Shown piece by piece: positions 41,811-51,607 of a stretch of DNA of 64,000 bases. Source of the stretch: Verrucomicrobiia bacterium (GTDB taxonomy: Bacteria > Verrucomicrobiota > Verrucomicrobiia > Limisphaerales > UBA1319); assembly GCA_963664225.1 (NCBI GenBank), contig OY760937.1, positions 2,592,001 to 2,656,000 of the forward strand. The letters run 5' to 3'. The position numbers and the translations under genes were made by a program. Every line of letters starts with the position of its first letter. Position 1 is the first letter of the stretch. Under the pieces are notes generated by a model. That model ran no database searches. It saw only the letters and a program-made list of their open reading frames with translations, and was not told the DNA's origin.

Positions 41811-43892
41811 TCATTTGCGCGACAGAGGGGCAATGAGCTGATCGAAATCGCGCCCGCGGGTGGCGGGATCGAAATCCAGCGCCGCCTCTTCAGCAACCAG
41901 CGCGGCCCGTTTTTGCTCCACCCGGCTTCGGAGTCCGGCATCAGGCGCGGCCAGGTATATCGCCACGCGGCTTTGCTTGTCGGTAATTTCGACCGTCCGT
42001 CCGGCAACCTTGTGCTCCACATCGTAAACGCCCTCGGAATCGACGCGGAAGACATCCACGGCATTCAACCAGGAGGGCAGATCGAAGCGAAATGTGGCGT
42101 TGCGCCGATGGAACTCAAAGACCTTTTGGGACACGTTCGGCTCGTAATCCAAATCCAGCGCAAAGAGCAGCGCGCCCTGCGGCGCGACAATCGAGGCCAG
42201 ATCCCAGTCCGGTCGGCCGTCCTTGCGGATTTGCTGATAGGACGCCGCGTCGCCATCGATGTAAAAATCGTCCAGCATGCGGATTTCGCGCCCGATGCGC
42301 GTGATTTCGTCGATGGTATCCCGGTATTTGGCGAGCGCCGGAAGACTTAAATTGAACCAGTAAAGAGAGGTGATGCGGCTGGAGAGGGTGTGGTAGGCCT
42401 GCATCCGAATTTCGTCCGGTGTGGGGGTGGCGCGTTTGCGTCCGCCAATCACCTCCCAATCGGTGTTCGGACCTTGGGACCAGGCGGCGATGGGAGCGGG
42501 GCGGCTCAACTCGCGCAGGCAGCGGGTCAGGTCGCCCAGGGTTTCCAGCGGCGCGCCCCATTCGATCGTTTTGTCAGGCCAGCGCCGGTAGGAACGCAAC
42601 TCGTCCGCAGAGGGGGCGCAAACGCGGTAGGCGTCGAAATTCGGATAGTCCGAGAGCCCGGCATAGTAGCGCCAGGCCGATTCGTCGCTCAAGGTGATGG
42701 TGGTGGTGAACCGCGTTTTGGCATAGGGTTCGAGGGATTGAAACACAGTCTGGGGATATTGCGGAGCTCCGGTGTGGGCGGATTGGGGCTCGCCCAGGAA
42801 TTCGACGGCGTGAACGAAAGGCAGTTGGGCGTCCTTCTCGAACGCAGAGCCAGGATCGAGCTTCCCAAACCGTTTGAGGGGGTAGCGCGCATAGAGACCC
42901 TCCGGGCCGGTCTGGTCCGTATAACCGGGCACGGTGGTTATGTTGGCTGTGTTCACATGCATGCGTTTGAGCAACTTCAAAAAAGGCTCATGCGCCAGGG
43001 GATTCACCCCTGCGGGCGCGTTTTGCACCCATCCCCCGCCAATATCAAAGCTCTCCCGCTTGATTCGCAGGCTGCTCCAAAGTGTGAAGCGGCGGCCCCG
43101 CGGATCGGCCATCGTGATTTGCAGTGCGGCAGGGGTCAACGGCAGACGCCCGGTTTTCACACGAATGATCCCCTTTTCACCAGCAGGAATCACACCATTG
43201 GCCGGCCAGGTGCTGATTTGAGAAAAGGGCGGCTGCGGCCATAAAACGTGGCTTTGGGTGTTGGTTTTGGGCCAGTAAAGGCGACCACTGACCAGGCTTA
43301 CGGGTATGGCGGACTGGTTGCTCACATGACATAAGACGGTGTCCGGCAGGCTGTTTTGGTCCGAACTGGTAAAGACGACCGAGGAGAGCCAGACGCCTTG
43401 CGGGGCCATGCTGACCGGCATTTCCGCACGACCCAGCCGCTGCCAGTCCGTGATCGTCAGCGGGAATTGCCGCCCCACGCCCCATTGGGAGGATTTGGTG
43501 TTGAACGACCACACCGTGAGGGCGCCGGGAGGGAGGTTCAACTCCTCCTCCGGCCAGGAGTTGGGTGTGTCGTGCCAGGCCCAGTCACCCTCCAGAATCA
43601 TCCGCTGCGGTTCGCGACCGTCGAAAAGCACCGCGTTGAAGGTTGCGACGCCATTGGTTCCAGAATCGGCCGGGGCGGTATTGCGCAAAAACAGTTCCAC
43701 GCGCGCGCCCATTTCGGTGGATGGGGCGTTCTCGTATTGCAAACTCGACGCGCGGACATGCGGGGTGACGATGACGCCCGAGAGCTCCAAGGGCATCGGA
43801 CGCCCGTTGCCCGCGCCGGATGGAATGGTGTCGTCTGCCAGACCCAAGGCAGAGTACGCCAGGGCGATGGCTAAAACGGCGATGCTTTTCAT
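41811..43892 (-). CDS. secreted hypothetical protein (possible glycoside-hydrolase-like barrel)
   Basis: signal peptide MKSIAVLAIALAYSALGLA|D; FLGEPQ, DAYRV, PTPDEIRMQAY...ITSLYWF motifs; lies 56 bp upstream of the giant gene. Confidence 0.75.
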   Translation of the reverse strand: MKSIAVLAIALAYSALGLADDTIPSGAGNGRPMPLELSGVIVTPHVRASSLQYENAPSTEMGARVELFLRNTAPADSGTNGVATFNAVLFDGREPQRMILEGDWAWHDTPNSWPEEELNLPPGALTVWSFNTKSSQWGVGRQFPLTITDWQRLGRAEMPVSMAPQGVWLSSVVFTSSDQNSLPDTVLCHVSNQSAIPVSLVSGRLYWPKTNTQSHVLWPQPPFSQISTWPANGVIPAGEKGIIRVKTGRLPLTPAALQITMADPRGRRFTLWSSLRIKRESFDIGGGWVQNAPAGVNPLAHEPFLKLLKRMHVNTANITTVPGYTDQTGPEGLYARYPLKRFGKLDPGSAFEKDAQLPFVHAVEFLGEPQSAHTGAPQYPQTVFQSLEPYAKTRFTTTITLSDESAWRYYAGLSDYPNFDAYRVCAPSADELRSYRRWPDKTIEWGAPLETLGDLTRCLRELSRPAPIAAWSQGPNTDWEVIGGRKRATPTPDEIRMQAYHTLSSRITSLYWFNLSLPALAKYRDTIDEITRIGREIRMLDDFYIDGDAASYQQIRKDGRPDWDLASIVAPQGALLFALDLDYEPNVSQKVFEFHRRNATFRFDLPSWLNAVDVFRVDSEGVYDVEHKVAGRTVEITDKQSRVAIYLAAPDAGLRSRVEQKRAALVAEEAALDFDPATRGRDFDQLIAPLSRK

Positions 43893-44058
43893 GGGAAAAA
43901 TCCTGCCGAATTTATTCGAGCGTGGCAATCCGCAATCCGCGGTCCAATCGGAGATCCTTGATTTACCGGGATTTTGGACATTCCATCGATTGGAAAGGCC
44001 TCGACAACATTCCAGGAAATATCAATATCTCAAACCAACACTTTACCAGATCGTCAAC

Positions 44059-45663
44059 ATGAACATGAATCGCCGCCTTTTCATTCAACGCATCGGGCTG
44101 GGAACCGCCGCTTTCGGCGCCGCCGGGTTAATACCCGCCAACGCCTGGGCTGCGCTCGATCGTTCCAAGCCATTGCGCCGGAGCGAACCCGAGGCTCAGG
44201 GCGTGGCATCGGGCGGGATTCTGGATTTCGTCAATGCGGCCGAGTCCGCCAAAGTAAATCTGCACAGCTACATGGTTGTGCGCCATGGAAACGTGGTGGC
44301 GGGGGGTTGGTGGGCGCCCTACTCGCCTGAAAGCAAGCACACGCTTTATTCGCTGAGCAAAAGCTTTACTTCCACAGCGGTCGGCCTGGCTGTGGCGGAG
44401 GGACGGTTGCGGCTCGATGACAAGGTCATTTCGTTTTTCCCGGACGATGTTCCGGCGGTGGTCAGCCCCAATCTGGCGGCCATGCGCGTGAAGGATCTCC
44501 TGATGATGGGCTCAGGCCATGCAGAATGCGCCCTGCTCAACGCCCATGTTTCCATTGATTCCAGGAATTGGGTCAAAGCCGTGCTGGCCCAACCGGTGGT
44601 TTACCCTCCGGGAACCCATTTCGTTTACAATAACGGAGCCACCTTCCTGTTATCGGCGATCGTTCAGAAGGTCACCGGGCAAACGGTTTTGGATTTCCTG
44701 ACGCCCCGGTTATTCTGGCCGTTGGGGATCGAAGGCGCCGATTGGGAAGTCAACCCGGCGGGGATCAATAACGGCGCGTGGGGCCTGCGGGTCCGAACGG
44801 AGGACATCGCCAAACTGGGTCAGCTCTACCTTCAAAAAGGAATCTGGAATGGCAAACAAATCCTGCCGGAAAGCTGGGTTGATGCGGCCACCAGCAAGCA
44901 GATTGAGAATTCGGCGCCCGGGGACACATCGGCGCGGGAGAATAGCGAGTGGGCCCAGGGCTACTGCTACCAATTCTGGCGCTGCCGCCACGACGCCTTC
45001 CGGGGCGATGGCGCGTATGGGCAATTCTGCATCGTCCTGCCCAAGGAGGACGCAGTCATCGCCATGACCTCGGAAACGAACGATTTGCAGGGGATTCTGA
45101 ACCTGGTGTGGAAGCACCTTTTGCCTGCCATTCAGGGTGTGGGCCTGACCAACGACGGCAAGGCCCTGGCGGCGTTGAAGCGCAAACAGACCTCGTTGAT
45201 GCTGCCGTTTCCGGCTGGGCTACCAACATCGCCGGTTGCCGCGCGGGTCAACCGCAAGACCTTTGCGATTGCGGATAACAGCCTCGCCGTCAAAAACGTC
45301 TCGGTGCGGTTCCGGGGCAGGGAATGCGTCTTCACCCTGCAGGACGATCGTGGCGAACACCATGTGGCGTGCGGATTTGGACGCTGGCTGGAAGGCCGGG
45401 TGGATTTGCCCATCAAAGAGTTGTTCCTTGTCACCACCGATCCTCGAAAAGAAATCAAGGTCGCGGCCAGCGCGGCGTGGAGCGATGATCACACCCTGGT
45501 GATGCTCTGGCGGTTCTACGAAACCGCGCATTACGAACGCGTGACCTGCCGCTTCGATGGCGACGGCCTTAAAGTGGAGTTCACCAGGAGCCTTGCCGTC
45601 CTGGACGCCAACTCGAAGGATCCGCGTCCGGTGCTTGTCGGAAAATTGCAGATGGATAGATAG
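44059..45663 (+). CDS. Tat-exported serine hydrolase, beta-lactamase/class C-like family
   Basis: NRRLFI twin-arginine leader; SLSK (SxxK), YNN, FRGDGAYGQ. Confidence 0.9.
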   Translation: MNMNRRLFIQRIGLGTAAFGAAGLIPANAWAALDRSKPLRRSEPEAQGVASGGILDFVNAAESAKVNLHSYMVVRHGNVVAGGWWAPYSPESKHTLYSLSKSFTSTAVGLAVAEGRLRLDDKVISFFPDDVPAVVSPNLAAMRVKDLLMMGSGHAECALLNAHVSIDSRNWVKAVLAQPVVYPPGTHFVYNNGATFLLSAIVQKVTGQTVLDFLTPRLFWPLGIEGADWEVNPAGINNGAWGLRVRTEDIAKLGQLYLQKGIWNGKQILPESWVDAATSKQIENSAPGDTSARENSEWAQGYCYQFWRCRHDAFRGDGAYGQFCIVLPKEDAVIAMTSETNDLQGILNLVWKHLLPAIQGVGLTNDGKALAALKRKQTSLMLPFPAGLPTSPVAARVNRKTFAIADNSLAVKNVSVRFRGRECVFTLQDDRGEHHVACGFGRWLEGRVDLPIKELFLVTTDPRKEIKVAASAAWSDDHTLVMLWRFYETAHYERVTCRFDGDGLKVEFTRSLAVLDANSKDPRPVLVGKLQMDR

Positions 45664-45900
45664 GATGGATGAGGGAGGCAATGGATAATGGACAACGGCA
45701 GAAGTAGAAGGGGAACAATTTAACATGGATAAGCAGGGGGAAATCCGCTGTGGAATGCAATAAATGACCGTAGAGGCATGGAGTAAGCGCGTTCCTGTGA
45801 TTTGTTGGTTTAACCAGCTGCCGGGAATCAAGGCCCCCCCAATTGGCCAGGAAGGTTGATGGAAACCCATTCAACAAAGGGGTTTGGAAACGGTGAAAGA

Positions 45901-45975
45901 TGGAGCCAATGGAGGGAATTGAACCCCCGACCCACGCTTTACGAAAGCGTTGCTCTACCCCTGAGCTACATTGGC
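45901..45975 (-). tRNA. tRNA-Thr (anticodon CGT)
   Basis: reverse complement GCCAATG-TA-GCTC-AGGGGTA-GAGC-A-ACGCT-TTCGTAA-AGCGT-GGGTC-GGGGG-TTCAATT-CCCTC-CATTGGC-T-CCA; 75 nt. Confidence 0.97.
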
Positions 45976-46140
45976 ACAAGTGAGGCAATGAGGGGAACGC
46001 CCCGCATTGTTACCCGTTATTTAATGAATCGCGGAACCCATTGCAAATAAAAACCGCCAAAATGTCAGGGCGCGTTGAGCGGCTCGGTTTTATGACGGCA
46101 CTCCGGAGAGTTGGCGCAGTAGCGAATCCGGGCGCGACGG

Positions 46141-47127
46141 TTATTTTTTGGGAGGCAGCGGCTGAATCGGGACGGGCACGGGGATCATGGGGGCGATTTG
46201 CGCGGGCTGGGTCATGGCAAATCCCTTGGACAGCAACGCCGCGGCTTTGGCGTCACGCACTTTGCGATCTCCGCTGCCCATGACGATGGCGATGACCCGC
46301 TGGCCGGGGCGCGCGGCGGTGGCGGCGATGGAGTAACCCGCCTTGGTGAAGTAGCCGGTCTTGAATCCATCGCATCCGGTGACTTCGGTCAGAAGGTGGT
46401 TGTGGTTGCGCATGACGACGGTTTTATCTCCCGCGTTGGGACGGAAGGGGCGGGTGAGTGTGGAGGTGTAGCGCAGGACGTCGGGATGCCGGAGCAATTC
46501 GAGGCAGAGAATGGCAAAATCGCGCGGTGTGGAGACATCGGGCTGCTGACCAACACTGGGGGGCAGGCCGTGAACGGACTGAAAGAGGGTGTGGGTCATT
46601 CCCAATGCCTGGGCGCGCTGGTTCATCAAGGCCACGAAGGCCTCGGTGCTGCCGGCGGCTTTTTCAGCGAGAGCCACGGCGGCGTCGTTTGCGGATTGGA
46701 TCATCAAGGCGTAGAGGAGTTCGTCCACGGTGAAGACTTCCTTATCCGCGAGCCAGACCTGGGAGCCGCCCGTCTTGGAGGCTTTGGGGCTGACGACGAC
46801 CTGGTCCTGGAGGGAAAGCTGCTTTTGCTCGATTTTTTCAATCAAGATGAGCACGTCCATGAGTTTCAGAACGCTGGCGGGATAGGCCTGGGCGTCGGCG
46901 TGATCCTCGAACAGGACACGGCGGCCGATGGCATCGACCAGGATCGCGCCCACGTAGGGATCCTTGGCAATGCCGGGTCGAGTGACGGGCGCGGCAGCCT
47001 TGGTTGTTTTGGCCGTTTTGCTTGTTTTGGCTTTGGTGGTCGCAGTGGCGGCCTGGGTTGTCGGCACCAGGTTGGCAAGGATGGCGGCCAGGGAAAGGGT
47101 CAGGGCCAGGGAAAGGATCGATTTCAT
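46141..47127 (-). CDS. D-alanyl-D-alanine carboxypeptidase (peptidase S11)
   Basis: signal peptide MKSILSLAL; PASVLK, SANDAA, GFKTGY motifs. Confidence 0.92.
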   Translation of the reverse strand: MKSILSLALTLSLAAILANLVPTTQAATATTKAKTSKTAKTTKAAAPVTRPGIAKDPYVGAILVDAIGRRVLFEDHADAQAYPASVLKLMDVLILIEKIEQKQLSLQDQVVVSPKASKTGGSQVWLADKEVFTVDELLYALMIQSANDAAVALAEKAAGSTEAFVALMNQRAQALGMTHTLFQSVHGLPPSVGQQPDVSTPRDFAILCLELLRHPDVLRYTSTLTRPFRPNAGDKTVVMRNHNHLLTEVTGCDGFKTGYFTKAGYSIAATAARPGQRVIAIVMGSGDRKVRDAKAAALLSKGFAMTQPAQIAPMIPVPVPIQPLPPKK

Positions 47128-47155
47128 GCAGCAGGTTACCCGATAAGAGATTTGT

Positions 47156-47584
47156 TTACAAGCCGAGCACTTCCTCCTGGCTGAGCAGGTGGAGATTATT
47201 TTGCTGGAGGACGACGCGCGCGCCGGGGATGTCCCTGACTTCGATGACGAGGACGGCGCGTTTGTTGGAGACGAAGCCGGAGGAATTCTCGACGTTGATT
47301 TTGTTGCGGGCCAGAACGTCGGCGACATGGTGCAAACCGCCCGGGGTGTCGGCCACCTCGATGGCGAGGACATCGATGAGCGAAACGGTGAAGCCTTTTT
47401 GTTTCAGGGTTTCGCAGGCCTTGTCGCACTGGTCCACGAGGAACTTGGTAACGCCAAAGGTGTCTGAATTGGCAATGGTCACCCAGCGGATGTTCACGCC
47501 GGCCTCGGCGATGACCTGGGTCATGGCCGCCAACCGGCCGCATTTATTTTCCGCGAAAACCGCCACGAGTTTGGCCGCGCTCAT
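47156..47584 (-). CDS. ACT-domain protein (tandem ACT)
   Basis: VFAENKCGRLA...GVNIR and DTPGGLHHV..VL...INVE; downstream of paaK-like gene. Confidence 0.88.
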   Translation of the reverse strand: MSAAKLVAVFAENKCGRLAAMTQVIAEAGVNIRWVTIANSDTFGVTKFLVDQCDKACETLKQKGFTVSLIDVLAIEVADTPGGLHHVADVLARNKINVENSSGFVSNKRAVLVIEVRDIPGARVVLQQNNLHLLSQEEVLGL

Positions 47585-47615
47585 AATATTTAATCGGGGT
47601 TGATGGTGATTCGGG

Positions 47616-48908
47616 CTAGAGAATGCGCTGGTCGATGACCCGTTTGGCCTTGCCTTCACTGACGGGCAGGGAACCCGGGGCGACAAGTTCGACCCTGGGC
47701 CGGACCATGATTTCGGCGCGCAGTTTTTCAATGATGTGATTTTGCAGGCTGACCAGATGATCCACCTGACCGTCGAAATTCTCTGCGGAAAACTCGACCT
47801 GGATGATCATTTCGTCGAGGCCTTCCAGGCGGATGAGCCAGTTGCGGCCGACCTGGGGAAAACTCATGAGGACGCGCTCGATCTGCTGCGGATAGACGTT
47901 GGAGCCGCGCACGATGAGCATGTCGTCCGAGCGACCCATGATGCGGTTGATGCGGCGGTGGGTGCGTCCGCAACCGCAGGGTTCGGCAATGATGGAGGTG
48001 ATGTCGCGGGTGCGGTAGCGCAGGATGGGCATGGCCTCGCGGCACAGGGAAGTAAGGACCATTTCGCCCGTGGCGCCATCGGGCAGGATTTCGCCTGTGG
48101 CCGGATCGATGATTTCGAGCAGGTAATTATCCTCCCAGATATGGAGACCGTGGCGCTCCGTGCATTCGAAGCCGACGCCCGGGCCGTTCATTTCGGACAG
48201 ACCGTAGCAATTGAAGACGAGCACGCCGTAGGCATCCTCGATCTTGCGGCGCGTCTCTTCGGTGTACGGCTCGGCACCCACGAAAGCGCGCTTCAATTTG
48301 AGGTCCTTTCGAGCGTCGATGCCCTTTTTCTGGAGAAAATCGGCGTAATAGAGGGCATAACTGGCCGTCACGTGCATTGCCGTGGTGCCAAAATCCTGCA
48401 TCAATAACAATTGTTTCTCGGAATTGCCCCCGCCGGAGGGAATGACCATGGCGCCCACCTTTTCGGCTCCGTATTGCATCATCAGCGCGCCGGTGAACAA
48501 GCCGTAGGTCATCATGTTCTGGAGCACGTCCTGGGAGGTCATGCCGGACATGACGAGGCAGCGGGCGACCAATTCGGCGGCCTGGTCGATATCCTTGCGC
48601 GAGAAGAAGAGGGCCTTGGGCTTGCCGGTGGTTCCGCTGGAAGTGTGCAGACGGACGATCTGGTTTTTGGGATCGATGACCAGCCCATTGGGATAGCTGT
48701 CCCGGAGGTCCGCGCCGGTGGTGAAGGGCAGTCGCCGGACATCGGCCAGAGACTGAATGTGGCCGGGCTTCACGCCCGCTTCGGCGAACTTCTTTTGGTA
48801 AAACGGCACGTGACGCGCCATGCGCCGCACAGTGCCCTGTAATCGCTTCAACTGCAGGGCCTCGAGTTCCGGCCGAGCCAGTGTTTCTATTTTTTCATCC
48901 CAAAACAT
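47616..48908 (-). CDS. paaK: phenylacetate-CoA ligase family
   Basis: LHTSSGTTGKP, YGLFTG, GAEPYTE, YGLSEMNGPG, RYRTRD, GRSDDMLIVRG.NVYP. Confidence 0.9.
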   Translation of the reverse strand: MFWDEKIETLARPELEALQLKRLQGTVRRMARHVPFYQKKFAEAGVKPGHIQSLADVRRLPFTTGADLRDSYPNGLVIDPKNQIVRLHTSSGTTGKPKALFFSRKDIDQAAELVARCLVMSGMTSQDVLQNMMTYGLFTGALMMQYGAEKVGAMVIPSGGGNSEKQLLLMQDFGTTAMHVTASYALYYADFLQKKGIDARKDLKLKRAFVGAEPYTEETRRKIEDAYGVLVFNCYGLSEMNGPGVGFECTERHGLHIWEDNYLLEIIDPATGEILPDGATGEMVLTSLCREAMPILRYRTRDITSIIAEPCGCGRTHRRINRIMGRSDDMLIVRGSNVYPQQIERVLMSFPQVGRNWLIRLEGLDEMIIQVEFSAENFDGQVDHLVSLQNHIIEKLRAEIMVRPRVELVAPGSLPVSEGKAKRVIDQRIL

Positions 48909-49142
48909 GAGGCATCCTTATAAAATTAACCGCCGCCGACGGCCATTCGGCCCTGATCAGCGGCACACCACGTAAAGAATCCAAATTTGACGGAATCAGA
49001 ATAGTCCCATTTTGGCCACAGCCAGGCCTTGAGTAGCAAGAGAAATCGTGTCTGGCGGGGAATGCGCGGGTTGACTTTGAAGGGCGCGAATCCCGCGGAT
49101 TCATTCGAAAGGAAGAAGAATCAGGCCGCGGTCACGGCCCCG

Positions 49143-49955
49143 TCAGTATTTTTCGTCGGCCGATTCAAGCACCTGCAGGATGCGGTTAAAGGCATCATAC
49201 AGGTCGGCGTTGTTCTGCAGGTCCATGGTGAACCGGCGGTCCTGATTGGATAAGGAAGAAACGTGGCCATCGGTAAACAGGGCGTTGGCAAATTTTTGCT
49301 TGTGATGGGTGCGGGGCTTGATGTTGTAGGCGGCCACGGCGGGGGCACAGAGAAACTGCGAGTCGATGGCCAGGGCGCGAATGGGCTTGCCGTTGCGATT
49401 GTTGCCGGGGTTGTCCAGGCGGATGGACTCGGGTTCGGCGGGGGGTGTGTAAAACAACTGGGTGACACCGCCGTGGCGGTAATAATAACTGCACTGCACC
49501 TGGCTGGCGCCGATATTCGCGAGCTCGGCGTTCACATCCACATTTTGATCGGCGCCGGGGCAGAAGAGCACTCTGGGGGTTTGTGCCAGGTGCTTTTTTA
49601 GAAGCAAACCCAATCCTGCGGGCGCGCCGCTGCGCAGCGAAAGCAGGCTGGTGGGCGTGCCTGTTGAAGGATAGAAATCGGCCGGATGCGAGAAGGGCGG
49701 CGCCACGGGGCCGTAGGGCATTTTGCCGTCATTATCGCCGGCGTAGCCTTGAATGGCGATGCCGATCTGTCGGAGGTTCGAAATGCAGGCGACTTTCCGA
49801 CCTGAATCCCTGGACCTTGCCAGGGTGGGCAGCAACAGGGAGGCGAGAATGGCGAGGATGGCAATGACGACGAGCAATTCAATGAGCGTGAAGGCACAGT
49901 GCGCGGCGGATGGCGCTTGTGTCACGTTGCGTTCCTGTGCTTTCACTGATTCCAC
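49143..49955 (-). CDS. prepilin-type N-terminal methylation protein, DUF1559/H-X9-DG class
   Basis: [36 protein letters not shown]-terminal [11 protein letters not shown]. Confidence 0.9.
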   Translation of the reverse strand: MESVKAQERNVTQAPSAAHCAFTLIELLVVIAILAILASLLLPTLARSRDSGRKVACISNLRQIGIAIQGYAGDNDGKMPYGPVAPPFSHPADFYPSTGTPTSLLSLRSGAPAGLGLLLKKHLAQTPRVLFCPGADQNVDVNAELANIGASQVQCSYYYRHGGVTQLFYTPPAEPESIRLDNPGNNRNGKPIRALAIDSQFLCAPAVAAYNIKPRTHHKQKFANALFTDGHVSSLSNQDRRFTMDLQNNADLYDAFNRILQVLESADEKY

Positions 49956-49962
49956 TCAACAC

Positions 49963-50952
49963 TCAAGGAGCCTGCCGAGCCTGGTAAAACCGGTTGCCAG
50001 CGGCTGTGTTCGTGTCGGTGAACGAGACGCTGCCGGTCAAATTGGTGATCGTTTCCAGGCTTGTCCAATTGGCCGACGGAAGCGCGCTATTGGTGCAGGC
50101 CAGAATCTCCCATCGCCCGGGCTCGCTTTCGAGAGTGAATCGAAACTGGCCGTTGGTCACGCCCCAGGCCGTCAAGACGGGAGCGGGCACGGTTTCCAAC
50201 CGGACGTTATCCAGGTCCCAATAGCCGCCATTGAGATCGAAACCCACTGTGGAGGCCAGTTCAATGCCGATGTTCTGACCGGCCCACGCGTCGCCCGTCC
50301 GAACGAAGGGAGTCCGGGCTTGAAAATCGACAAAATGAGTGTTGTTGGGAAAGAGCTCCGCAGTGTTTGTGATCGTCGTTGCGGCAACCGTTACTTTGTT
50401 ATTCCCGGCGTCGCGATAATAAAGGCTGATCTGGAGCGGGACACCATTGGACATTCCGCCGCCACCGCCAATGAGTCCGACCTTTAGCGCGTAGGCATTG
50501 CCGACTTCAAAGCGCGCGTTGAATTCGTGCGTTGGAACGGAATTGGTTCCCGAAACCGAGTTGTAATCCTGAAAAATGGAAACGTCCGGCTGCGCAAACA
50601 AAAAGGCCCCCTGCCTGCCCTCAATGTTGTCGATGTGGGTGGGGCTGCCGTTGGTGGTATTCAGGAACTGACCGAGAAACTGGTCCCACGGAAACCCGCC
50701 GCCACCCATATACCACGCGGGTTCGGGGGCCTTCTGCCATGCGTCCATGGCTGGATCCGCGTAGGACGTTTCCGGGGATTCGAACGATCCATTGGGCACA
50801 ACAACGGTTCCCGCTCGAACGGAACCCGTGACTGCCGCCAGGGCGATGAGCCCGGCCAGAAGGGTGAACAAAGACCGGTTGGAGCCGCGCGCATCGGCGG
50901 CCAGATTGCTTTTGAATTCAGGTGTCTGCATTTTATTGAAATGCCTTAACAT
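49963..50952 (-). CDS. secreted CBM-like protein with C-terminal RFYQ domain
   Basis: signal peptide; VPNGSFE...WDLDNVRL jelly-roll-like ends; C-terminus FTDTNTAAGNRFYQARQAP; start 50952 or 50931. Confidence 0.75.
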   Translation of the reverse strand: MLRHFNKMQTPEFKSNLAADARGSNRSLFTLLAGLIALAAVTGSVRAGTVVVPNGSFESPETSYADPAMDAWQKAPEPAWYMGGGGFPWDQFLGQFLNTTNGSPTHIDNIEGRQGAFLFAQPDVSIFQDYNSVSGTNSVPTHEFNARFEVGNAYALKVGLIGGGGGMSNGVPLQISLYYRDAGNNKVTVAATTITNTAELFPNNTHFVDFQARTPFVRTGDAWAGQNIGIELASTVGFDLNGGYWDLDNVRLETVPAPVLTAWGVTNGQFRFTLESEPGRWEILACTNSALPSANWTSLETITNLTGSVSFTDTNTAAGNRFYQARQAP

Positions 50953-50965
50953 AATTGAAGTAATA

Positions 50966-50985
50966 ATATGCACAAACGTGCATAT
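50966..50985. promoter_or_regulatory. perfect 8-4-8 inverted repeat, putative operator
   Basis: ATATGCAC-AAAC-GTGCATAT just upstream of the 49963 gene. Confidence 0.55.
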
Positions 50986-51133
50986 CAGGAGGCGTGGCGT
51001 CAACATTCCCGTTTAAAAGGTTTTGCATTTTCGCATTTTTTCATTGGATGAACGAACTGCTGCCGGTCCGTTGCATTGTGGGGCGGGAGGCTTATGTTGA
51101 GAAAGGAAACCCCGAAACGATAAGGAGTCATTT

Positions 51134-51595
51134 ATGCCGGTCTCCAAATTAAAAGCATTTCTAGACAGCCAGAATGTGAAATACATCCGCATCATCCATT
51201 CGCCGGCCTATACCTCGCAGGAAACGGCGGAGGCGGCCCGGATGCCCGGGAGGGAACTGGCCAAAACCGTGATGGTGAAGCTGGATGGGAGCATGGCCAT
51301 GGCTGTTTTACCCACCAATCGAAAGGTGATTCTGGACGATTTACGCGAAGCGACAGGCGCCGCCGAAGCGAAGTTTGCCACCGAGAAGGAGTTCAAGGAT
51401 CTGTTTCCGGGATGCGAGACGGGGGCGATGCCGCCGTTCGGCAATCTCTACGAAATGGAGGTCTTTGTGTCGCCGAGCCTGTCGGAGGGCGCGGATATTG
51501 CTTTCAACGCCGGAACGCACGCCGAACTGATCAAGCTCTCCTACAAGGATTTCGAGCGGCTGGTGCATCCCACGATCTGCCGCTTTGCGACATGA
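51134..51595 (+). CDS. YbaK/EbsC-family aminoacyl-tRNA deacylase-like protein
   Basis: HSPAYTSQE, LAKTVMVK, GCETGAMPPFG, FNAGTH. Confidence 0.9.
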   Translation: MPVSKLKAFLDSQNVKYIRIIHSPAYTSQETAEAARMPGRELAKTVMVKLDGSMAMAVLPTNRKVILDDLREATGAAEAKFATEKEFKDLFPGCETGAMPPFGNLYEMEVFVSPSLSEGADIAFNAGTHAELIKLSYKDFERLVHPTICRFAT

Positions 51596-51607
51596 TTAAA
51601 GTCAGTG

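Noticed and set aside
43339..44058. Long N-terminal extension of the serine hydrolase ORF (similar cases: 30329-30634, 47128-47373, 56056-56472)
   Set aside because: Extensions overlap neighbouring genes or intergenic elements, and signal peptides mark the downstream starts; unlike the ThiD case they contain no recognisable domain.
45664..45900. Island attached to tRNA-Thr (hairpin AAACCC...GGGTTT, ATGGA repeats)
   Set aside because: No duplicated tRNA-Thr end or integrase in the window; the hairpin may simply be a terminator.
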